A stretch of DNA of 64,000 nucleotides from Azolla caroliniana (lineage: Eukaryota > Plantae > Polypodiophyta): assembly GCA_043228905.1 (NCBI GenBank), contig JBHGNT010000006.1:18414001-18478000 (forward strand), given 5' to 3'. The notes under the pieces were generated by a model, which was given only the letters and a program-made list of their open reading frames with translations, was not told the DNA's origin and ran no database searches. A program made the position numbers and the translations under genes. Within the stretch, counting starts at the first letter, position 1. Every line of letters starts with the position of its first letter. This document shows positions 1-9,985 of the stretch, one piece after another.

Positions 1-307
1 CGCGGGCGCATTCCTCCTCTTGGGACTCAAGTGGGCACTCGGGCCCGACTGCCGTTGTCTCGGGAGCAAGCATGGGAAGACTCAAGGAATTGCTCGTCCG
101 TTTTACGCACTTGTCCGTAGCCACCGGCTCTTCGTGGTCAGCGGCCATTTCCTTACCGATTGCGCAAACCCCGTCTGGGCTTGCTTCTCCAATGACCGGG
201 GTATCGGGCTGACACGCCCGACACCGCTGGTTCCAACGTTCCGATCCCGCGATCGGTATCTCGGCTTCGTCCTTGGCCGTTCTATCTCCGCAAGTTGAGA
301 GGGCGTT

Positions 308-1162
308 TTATTCTGCACCCTCTCCCATGGTACTATGGTATCGATCTTTCTTCATCGCGTGGGACAGGTCTGTCTCCTCAGTCTCGGCTTGCGGCCTCAA
401 TCTTTTCTCTTCCTCGAGCATCACCTCGAGAGCTGCGTACGCCTCCGCAATCTTGGCCCCAACGCCGACCCTTGCAGACTCTCTTTGCCGTTCGGCCTCT
501 TCTTGCTGTGATGGCCTGTCGTCATGCGCCTTCCTCTTAGCCTTCTCGGCCCGCTCATTGTCTAGCCGTTGGCACACCCTTCCGACCTTCGACCAGTCCT
601 CCGTAAGCCCATTTGCTTTGTCATCGTCTTCGAGCTCAATCCCGATGGCCTCCCGTTCTGCTTGGTCGATCGACCTGACGAACAATAGGACTTTGTCTGC
701 CCCCACCAAACCTTGTTCCCGCTCCGGGAGCCGAGCAAGACGTCGCTCAAACTCTCGGAATGCCTTCGTTGCACCCCGGTGGGTCTCTGCCGATGCTACC
801 CACTGGTCGAAGTCGTGCCATCCCCGGCTTTTCGGCCGTCCTCCATATGCCTGCCGGAGCGCCTCTTCAAAGGCCTCCCACGAACTATGAGCTTCTCGGA
901 GCTCCTTCACTTCCGCTTGCATACGGACGACGACAACCCGACGGAAGAAATCCAGCCTCAACGCTTCATCCACGTCTCGCTCCTCCATTTCCGCGTTGTA
1001 GGCTTCCAAGTAAGATGCGACTTTGTCCCCGTTAAAATGGCCGACTCTTTCGACCACTCGCTCAACCGCTTGATGCGTTGCTTCTCGCCTTATCACCACT
1101 CGTGCAAACTCCAACACCACTTCGGCCACCATCTCTGCGAGGTCGTCGTCTTCCGACTCCAT
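308..1162 (-). CDS. Gag-like protein of a Ty3/gypsy element (Trp-PBS family); probably frameshifted near 310, element continues left of the window
   Basis: ATG at 1162 just downstream of PBS and LTR; GHFNGDKVASYLEAY motif and helical gag-like composition; the longer 1312 start lies inside the LTR. Confidence 0.7.
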   Translation of the reverse strand: MESEDDDLAEMVAEVVLEFARVVIRREATHQAVERVVERVGHFNGDKVASYLEAYNAEMEERDVDEALRLDFFRRVVVVRMQAEVKELREAHSSWEAFEEALRQAYGGRPKSRGWHDFDQWVASAETHRGATKAFREFERRLARLPEREQGLVGADKVLLFVRSIDQAEREAIGIELEDDDKANGLTEDWSKVGRVCQRLDNERAEKAKRKAHDDRPSQQEEAERQRESARVGVGAKIAEAYAALEVMLEEEKRLRPQAETEETDLSHAMKKDRYHSTMGEGAE

Positions 1163-1177
1163 CCTCCCCTGCCGCGG

Positions 1178-1195
1178 TTCACGTCGGGTTCCCCA
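1178..1195 (-). other. Primer binding site complementary to tRNA-Trp
   Basis: Minus strand reads TGGGGAACCCGACGTGAA, 4 nt after the LTR end; 17/18 match to the complement of the plant tRNA-Trp 3' end as I recall it (TGGTGAACCCGACGTGAA). Confidence 0.75.
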
Positions 1196-1318
1196 AAGAT
1201 GTCGCAAAGTTTCGCGTGTGCGTGTAGAAGGGCGGGACCACGGGGGTCTTGGACTAGGGAGTGACGGAGCGTAGGAAGTCGTGACACACCATTTCCGGGA
1301 CGCCGGAAACAACCCAAA

Positions 1319-1554
1319 ACCCCGATTACGGAGCCGGATGATGAAGACCCCGGCTACGGAGCCGGATGACGAATGTACCCGGAGAGAGATCTGGATGCGG
1401 GGACATATTTGTGAATATGTTTGCCAAGGACCCTTGAGGCTATATTTGTAAATAGCCCGAAAGTCATATGTGTATAAATATGACTTAGGGCAAACAGTTT
1501 AGTGTCTGTTACTTATTTTTCTGGTTTTCCAGTTAGTGGGAGCTAAGTGAGCAG

Positions 1555-1603
<49 letters not shown>

Positions 1604-1866
1604 GAAGAGGTCGTTGCCTCTGTGTATTACCGCCGCCTGTGGCGAAGACAGTGAGCTCAAGGTTGTTGCCTTGTAGCTTCACCATTGTACATCTCTATTT
1701 ATAGTGATAGTTGGAGTTTGAGGACTCCCGTGGTTTTTCCCATTTAGGGTTTTCCACGTAAAACATCCTGTGCACTCTTCTCTCTATTGTCTTCGTGCAT
1801 TTTGTATTTCCTGTTTTCTGTAAGTTGATCCTATTCCTCGGTTGTGGCCGAGCACTGTGTTTAACA
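1319..1866 (+). repeat. 5' LTR of family A element, lacking its first ~130 bp
   Basis: Matches 6110-6689; ends TTAACA; contains (GA)n at 1557-1602. Confidence 0.95.
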
Positions 1867-1869
1867 AAT

Positions 1870-1881
1870 TGGTATCAGAGC
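1870..1881 (+). other. PBS, tRNA-iMet
   Basis: TGGTATCAGAGC 3 nt after the LTR. Confidence 0.95.
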
Positions 1882-1885
1882 GACG

Positions 1886-4800
1886 GTGACACAGAAAATG
1901 GAAGGCGGCGGTAGTGGGCCTCCGGGCATGATGGTGTTGAACTCACAGAACTACGCCGACTGGAAGATAAAGATGGAAGACCTTCTCATCGTCCGAGACC
2001 TGTACGAACCGATCGACAATGCCGAGATACCCAAGGGAGTAATAGAGTCGGAGTGGAAGCTCCTGAACCGGAAAGCCGTAGCGACGATCCGGCAATATGT
2101 CGATGTAAGTGTTCTGCAACATGTGGCGAACGATACGAACGCCTATGAGATGTGGCAAAAGCTGTCCGGACTGTATGAGAGGAAGAATGCTCTGACCCGG
2201 ACCTCCCTGATGAGGAAGATAGTGAATCTTAAGTACCGGGACGACGAGAGCATGGTCGAACACGTCAGCACGTTCATGGGATTCGTGAACCAGCTTGCGG
2301 CGATCAAGTTCCCGTTGGATGACGCAATGCAAGCCATCATGCTGATGTGTACCCTTCCGGAGAGCTGGGAGAACTTGGTAGTTACTCTCAGCACCTCCTG
2401 TAAGGAAGAGAACTTGTCTTTACTAACGGTAAAGACAAGTATTCTAAATGAAGAAGCGCGTCGGAGAGATAAAGAACCGGCCTCCGACTCGAAGGCGCTG
2501 CTTACCGAATCAGAACGGGGAAGACAACGGAACCGGAGTTCGCAAAGACGGGAGAAGTCGGGGACACGGTCGCAGTCGAGGGGAAGACCCACATGCTTCT
2601 ACTGTGGGAAGCCGGGGCACTTCCAGAAGAACTGTCGGCATTTCCGGAAAGACAACGGAACCGACGGTACCGATTCGAAGAAGTCACCGGAGCGAAACGG
2701 TGCATACCGGGGAGCCACGGACCGGAGAGGTCCGGATCGGCGAGGGCAGGATCGGAAAGGAACGACGGCACTCGCGGCAAGTGAAGAAGAGATAATGCTC
2801 ATTACCGAAGAGAGGGAGCTGAACCTTGCCGGTGAAGAGATGACCTGGGTGGTCGATTCCGGAGCGTCGTTCCACCTGACCCCGGAGAAGAAATACTTCT
2901 CATCCTACACAGCCGGTGAGCATGGCTGTGTCCGGATGGGAAATGAAGGTACATGCCGGATTGCTGGCATAGGAGACGTGTGGCTGATGACATCAACCGG
3001 ATGCAAGATGCTGCTGAAGGATGTCCGACACGTTCCGGAGGTTCGATTGAACCTGATTTCGGCCGGGAGGCTAGACGATGAAGGCTACACGGGTAGCATC
3101 CGGAACGGTGTCATGAAGTTCAGCAAAGGGAGCCTGATAGTGGCTCGGGCCCGGAAGGTCAACACACTGTACCTGATGAATTCCCGGCTATGTCCGGAGG
3201 AGCTGAATGTGGCAGCTGACACTGCCGGTGAGCTGTGGCACAAGAGACTGTGCCACATGAGCGAGAAGGGGATGAAGAGGCTTGCCGATGACAACCTGAT
3301 ACCGGTAAAGCACGTACACCTGGGGAAGTGTACCGACTGTCTGGCCGGTAAGCAAAACCGGACCTCCTTCCGCCCAAGACCACCGACGAGACGTAGCGCA
3401 CCATTGGAGTTGGTGCACACTGACGTGTGTCAAGTAGAAACGAAGTCACATGGCGGAGCCCAGTACTTTGTGACATTCATTGATGACCACAGCCGGAAGC
3501 TGTGGACGGCACTGTTGAAGACAAAGGACCAAGTGTTGTGCGTCTTCAAAGAACTCCACGCGAGAGTGGAAAGGGAATCCGGCAAGAAGCTGAAAGCGAT
3601 ACGAGCGGATAACGGAGGAGAATACCGAGGGCAATTTGAGGAGTATTGCCGTTCGATGGGAATCCGGCTCGAGTTTACTGTGCCGAAGACGCCGGAACTG
3701 AACGGGCTGGCCGAGAGGATGAACCGGACCATAATGGAGAGGGTCCGGAGTATGCTAGCACATGCGAAATTACCCAAGGGATTTTGGGCTGAGGCAATGT
3801 CGACGGCGACATATGTGATAAATAGATCACCCTCAGTACCCCTGGATGGAGACACGCCACAGAGAGTGTGGACCGGTAAGGAAGTGTCCTACCGACATCT
3901 GAAGGTGTTCGGGTGTCTCGCATACGTGCATGTGGCAAAGGACCGGAGAGGAAAGTTAGATCCAAAGACCCGGCCATGCATATTCCTCGGTTACGGCGAC
4001 GACGAGTTCGGCTACCGAGTATGGGACCTGGTCGACAAGAAGATATTCAGGAGTCGAGATATCATCTTCATGGAGGACAAGACACTCGCCGACTGGGAGT
4101 CGGAGAAGAAGATGAAGAGCTCCAAGTCGACTAGTGAGAATCAACTCTACGAGGAGCAGTCCCGATCGGCAAGGGACCGGTTAACACTCGAGGATCCGGC
4201 CGAAGACGGTGAAGAAACAGAACCGGCCGAGGAAGATGAAACTGATACCGGAACCGGCCCCGATCCCGGAATGGATTCGGATGAAGAGGAAACGGAGGAG
4301 CCGGTTACCGAAGCTCCGGAACGGAGATATCCTCTAAGAGAGAGAAGGGCCCCCCGGAGATTTCCGGAACCAGAGCACGTGCTGCTGATCGACGAGGGGG
4401 AGCCGGAGAGCTTTGAAGAAGCAAAGCTTGACACCCATAGCCGCAGGTGGTTAAGTGCCATGCAGGAGGAGATGGAGTCCCTGCATGAGAACCACACATA
4501 TGAACTTGTGGAGTTGCCGAAAGGAAAGCGGGCACTTCGAAACAAGTGGGTGTTCAAGCTGAAACCGGGAGATGCCGGAAACCCCCCGAGATACAAAGCC
4601 AGGATCGTGGTGAAGGGGTTCCAGTAGAAGAAGGGCGTCGACTTCGACGAGATATTTGCCCCGGTAGTGAAGATGACCTCCATCCGGACGGTGCTGAGCA
4701 TAGCGGCAAGCATGGACCTCGAGGTAGAACAGATGGACGTGAAGACGGCATTCCTTCACGGTGACCTCAAAGAAGAGATCTACATGCAGCAACCAGAAGG

Positions 4801-5971
4801 ATTCGAGAAGAAAGGGAAGGAGCACCTGGTATGCCGGTTGAAGAAGAGCCTTTACGGACTGAAGCAGGCTCCCCGGCAATGGTACCGGAAGTTCGACTCC
4901 TTCATGACCGACGAAGGGTACCACAAAACGCAGTCCGATCACTGCGTGTTTGTGAAGAAGTTCGAAGGAGGAGACGTTCTAATACTCCTCCTGTACGTGG
5001 ACGACATGTTGATCGTCGGACGGGACCAGGTCAAGATACGGATGCTGAAGAAAGCGCTTCACCGAACCTTCTCAATGAAGGACCTGGGTCCGGCGAGGCA
5101 AATACTAGGGATGCACATCATCCGGGACCGGAAGAAGAAGCAGTTGTGGCTGTCACAGGAGAAGTACGTGACAAAGGTGCTTTACCGGTTCAACATGTCG
5201 GAAGCAAGACCGGTCGGGTCAACCCTCCCGACAAACTGCAAGTTGTCCAGCAAGCAAAGCCCCAAGACAAAGGCTGAGAAGGAGGACATGATGAAAGTAC
5301 CATATGCCTCTGTCGTCGGAAGCTTGATGTACGCAATGGTGTGTACAAGACCGGACATAGGATATGCAGTCGGAGTGGTGAGCCGGTACATGAGCAATCC
5401 CGGCAAAGACCACTGGAACGCGGCCAAGTGGATACTCCGATACCTGAAGGGCACGGCAAACGTGTGCCTCCGATTCGGCTCTGGTAAGCCCGAACTCGAC
5501 GGCTTTACCGATTCGGATATGTCGGCTGATGCAGATACCAGCCGGTCCACATCAGGGTATGTGATGACGTATGCAGGGGGAGCTGTTTCGTGGCAGTCGA
5601 GGCTGCAGAAGACGGTTGCACTGTCAACCACGGAGGCGGAGTACATGGCGGCTGTTGAAGCCGGCAAGGAAATAATATGGATGAAGGAATTCATTAGAGA
5701 GCTCGGTATCCGGCAGGAGGAGTACCGACTCTACTGCGACAGTCAGAGTGCCATCCACCTTACGAAGAACGCGGCCTATCACTCCCGGACGAAGCACATC
5801 CAACGAAGATATCACTGGATCCGGGAAAGGATAGAAGACCAGGAGTTCGTGCTGACGAAGATCCACACGGACGAGAACGGGTCGGATATGCTGACCAAGG
5901 TGCTCACACCCGACAAGCTGGAAGCATGCCGGAAGAGGATCGGATTGGAGAGACATCCCATGCCGAAGTGA
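1886..5971 (+). pseudogene. Copia gag-pol polyprotein with a single in-frame TAG at 4625-4627
   Basis: ORFs 1886-4627 and 4667-5971 share a frame; CFYCGKPGHFQKNC knuckle, WVVDSGAS protease, integrase (RADNGGEY, GLAERMN), YVDDML RT, RNase H ending ENGSDMLTK. Confidence 0.95.
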
Positions 5972-5981
5972 AGGGGGAGTT

Positions 5982-6345
5982 TGTTGGGATTTCGGTCCCT
6001 CCGGAGATGAATGACGGCAAGCCCGGTCGTGGTTACGGAACCGGAGGATGAAGAGTACCCGGCATGAAGCCGAATGAAGAGTACCCGGCTACGGATCCGG
6101 ATGATGAAGACCCCGGTTATGGAGCCGGATGATGAAGACCCCGGCTACGGAGCCGGATGACGAATGTACCCGGAGAGAGATCTGGATGCGGGGACATATT
6201 TGTGAATATGTTTGCCAAGGACCCTTGAGGCTATATTTGTAAATAGCCCGAAAGTCATATGTGTATAAATATGACTTAGGGCAAACAGTTTAGTGTCTGT
6301 TACTTATTTTTCTGGTTTTCCAGTTAGTGGGAGCTAAGTGAGCAG

Positions 6346-6426
<81 letters not shown>

Positions 6427-6689
6427 GAAGAGGTCGTTGCCTCTGTGTATTACCGCCGCCTGTGGCGAAGACAGTGAGCTCAAGGTTGTTGCCTTGTAGC
6501 TTCACCATTGTACATCTCTGTTTATAGTGATAGTTGGAGTTTGAGGACTCCCGTGGTTTTTCCCATTTAGGGTTTTCCACGTAAAACATCCTGTGCACTC
6601 TTCTCTCTATTGTCTTCGTGCATTTTGTATTTCCTGTTTTCTGTAAGTTGATCCTATTCCTCGGTTGTGGCCGAGCACTGTGTTTAACA
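5982..6689 (+). repeat. 3' LTR of family A, preceded by PPT GAAGGGGGAG
   Basis: TGTTG...AACA termini; ~28-bp tandem array at 6030-6175; (GA)n at 6348-6425. Confidence 0.95.
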
Positions 6690-7113
6690 GATACAACAGT
6701 CGTCTACTGCCAAGCCGCTGGTCGGGGAGCTCACGGGCTCGTCGCGCCGAGCGGGGTCTTGCACAGCAAACATGGCATATACCGAACCTGAAGGTATCAA
6801 GCTAGAACCATAGAGTGACGAAGAAGAAACAGAGGAGGAGAAGAAGAAGAAACCCTAAAACAAGAGGGAGAGAGGAAGAGAGAATGTCTCTCCATCTAAC
6901 GGTATACCCTACTAATACAAAATGGGCAACCCCCTCGAAAAGGGGCGCTCCCTTCCTTTTATAGAACAAGGAGAGGGATGCGTTACAATGTGGGATAAAA
7001 TTTCCCCTCTTATTTCTATACACCATTTCCTAGTATACATGTGCACATGGTGCACACCACCGATTTGCCTATTCCACCCCGGTTTCCGCTTATGGATGAA
7101 AATCTTCACGACA

Positions 7114-8117
7114 ACGCGCACTGAAAGTGTTCGATCATGGGCTGTGACATAAATTGACTGTTTACTCCGATTGGATAGTTGAGATCTGGCTGAGTGATTG
7201 TCAAGTAGATGAGGTTTCTGACAATCTGTCGAAACCGTATTGGGTAGCACACTTTTCCTAAATCTTGGCGACGCTTTACCTTTCTATCCATAGGGGTCGA
7301 GATGGGCTTACAATCCCCCATCCCGAACTTGAAGAGCATATTCAGCGCGTAATGACTCTGACTGATCAATATGCCTTCGGGGGAACAGATCACTTCGAAT
7401 ATCCTTCATTTCCAATGATGCCGCAAGCTGAGACTTTACACGGCTGATTTCTTCCAGGTCGGCACCGACGATGACTAAATCATCAACATAAAGTAAAAGA
7501 AAATCCGGTCCCTGTCGACCTTGCCAAACGAACAACGAAGAGTCCGATTTGGATGTTGTAAACCCCATTCTATGCAACCGTTGCGTAATCTTCGCATTCC
7601 AAGCTCGCAGGGCTTGCTTAAGGCCGTATAACGCCTTCTTCAATCGACAGACTGCCAAAGTGTTCCGTTCAGATAGAAATCCGGGGGGTTGTACCATGTA
7701 CACCTGTTCCTCAAGATCACCTTGTAGGAACACATTCTTTACATCCATCTGATGTAGATGCCACCCCTTCACCACAACTACGGCTAGCAGAACTCGCATG
7801 GCAGTCATCTTTACGATAGGTGCGAAGGTCTCATCGTAATCGATGTCGTGCTTCTACGCGTAGCCTTTCGCAACCAAACGGGCCTTATATCGGTTGACCG
7901 AGCCGTCAGTGTTGTATTTCACCTTAAACACCCATCTGCATCCGATCGGCTTAACACCTTGAGGTGCGTCAACCAAGTCCCAAGTCTCGTTGTCCGATAA
8001 TGCGTGCATCTCTTCCTCCATCGTGGCACGCCAGTTCGCGTCTTCCGCCGCTTCTGCATAGCTTTCCGGCTCACGCACTTCCACCACCCGTGTCCGCGTA
8101 ATGGTGTGCCATGTATT
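7114..8117 (-). pseudogene. Copia RT fragment (family B-like)
   Basis: [29 protein letters not shown] motifs; bounded by a gypsy LTR on the left and a copia LTR on the right. Confidence 0.9.
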
Positions 8118-9985
8118 TGTGAAAAGGATAACGTGCGGAAGCAATAGAAAACCAAACACAGAAACACAAGTTTAATGGAGAGCTTGAATATACACAGTAC
8201 GTGAGAGAGACAGAGAGAGAGAGTGCACACAAACTTAATTAAAAAATAATACTCAATCTATACATAGGATGTGCTCAGTGACCACTTTTGTACAAGTCCA
8301 TACGGACTGACAAAAGTACTGACACGTACTTCAATGATCATAAGTGAGCTCTACATTAACTCCCAAAAATATATTCCTACACGGAATATCTTTCCAACGG
8401 CCTCGCGGTTTACGCACCGCTACGGCTTCTTGTTGCGCACCGGTTGACGCACCGGTTCGGCCTAACCGATCGATCCCAACCAATCTGGTTCTCGGCTTGC
8501 ATAGCCAATCCGGCCAATGTTGAGCTTGTATCTCAACACTCCCCCTCAAGCTCAACTTGAGGTTCAATCCGCTCTTCTGGATCTACGCTTTGGTTCCTTC
8601 TAGCTTCACACCTTGCTCGCGCTCCTCGACCTGTTCGGTTCCACACGCTTCGACCCTTCTTGTCGGCTTGCATGCTCATGCGGCCCTCCTCAGGTCCGTT
8701 GTCGGAATCTTCCGCGGATCCTTCCTCGTCTTCTTCATCCGATTCGAAATCGAATTCGTCATCTGACTAGGCGTGGCGGTCTTCCGGAACTTCTCTCCCC
8801 CTTCTGTGGTTATTCGGAACGTGTCTCCCCCTCAAGTTCGGCACGTCGAGATGCCGCAACCCAAGTGCACCCGAGAATTGCCGCAACTTGTCCAGACCAA
8901 GAGGATTGGTGAAGATGTCGGCGGTCTGCCGATCCGTCGGAACATATTGGAGGTCGACTTCATTGGAGAGGACACGCTCACGGACGAAATGGTAGTGCAC
9001 CTCAATGTGCTTAGTCCGGGCGGGGAAGACTGGGTTCCTCGCTAACTGGATACTGCTGAGGTTGTCGCAGTAGATCGTTCTCGGATCAGACACCTCCACC
9101 CGCAGATCCTTAAGTAGCCGTTTCAGCCAGATAGCTTCACATGTTGCGACAATGACTCCTCTATACTCGGCTTTGGTGCTCGATGGCGCAACTGTCGGCT
9201 GCTTCTTGCTCCTCCACACGATCGCGACACTCCCAAGAGAGAACACGAATCTGGATGTGGATCGGCAATTGTCGGCGTTTCCGGCCCAATCAACATCGGT
9301 GTAACTAACTAACTGCGTGGCAATATCAGTCTGATATAGTAGCCCCTGATCCTTACTGTGCTTACGTACCACAGTACGCGTTGCGCACACTAAAGGTGCT
9401 CCTCGGTTGGTCGCGCCATGGACTGACTAATCACCTCGACCGGGTAGGTGAGATCTGGTTGGGTGATGGTCAAGTATATAAGGCTTTCGACTATTTGTCG
9501 GAACCTTGTCGGGTCACATACCTTTCCGGAATCAGGGCGAAGCTTGACGGTTCTATCCAGAGGAGTCGAGACGGACTTATAGTTGGCCATCTTGAATTTG
9601 AAGAGCATACTCAACATGTAATGCCGTTGGTTGAACAATATGCCTTCGGGGGTGCGGATCACATCGATCCTGAGGAAGTAATGAAGGTTCCCCAGGTCCT
9701 TCATGTCAAATGATGCCGCGAGCTGGAGCTTTACGCGGTCAATTTCTCCTAGGTCGGCGCAGGTGAAGACCAAGTCATCAACATAAAGTAAAATACTAAC
9801 CGGCCCAAGTCGACCTGGCCGAATGAACAGTGAAGAGTTCCATTTGGACATTCCAAATCCCCTCCGACGCAATCGTTGCGTGATTTTCGCGTTCCAAGCA
9901 CGCGGGGCTTGCTTTAGTTCGTAAAGGGACTTCTTCCATCGGCAGACCGCCGGAGTGTTCATTCCGGAGTGAAATCCGGGGGTTG

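Larger units (their letters stand above)
1319..6689 (+). mobile_element. Young Tnt1/Tork-like Ty1/copia LTR retrotransposon (family A)
   Basis: Two near-identical LTRs, PBS, gag-PR-INT-RT-RH order, PPT. Confidence 0.97.
1200..7113 (-). mobile_element. Gypsy 5' LTR split by the Tnt1-like insertion (pieces 1200-~1315 and 6690-7113)
   Basis: Termini TGTCGC at 1200 and TTCACGACA at 7113 match the LTR termini at 21664/22311 and 50980/51821; shared GGGACCAC..GGGGTCT.GGAC motif. Confidence 0.8.

Noticed and set aside
1170-1195. tRNA-Trp gene
   Set aside because: Only the 3' ~18-20 nt match, positioned as a PBS
273-1264. Plus-strand ORFs of 183-205 aa
   Set aside because: Antisense shadows of the GC-rich gag; no recognisable motifs
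6030-6175. CRISPR-like repeats
   Set aside because: Head-to-tail tandem units without unique spacers, inside a eukaryotic LTR
6290-6598. Leu-Ser repeat protein
   Set aside because: Translation of the (GA)n microsatellite in an LTR
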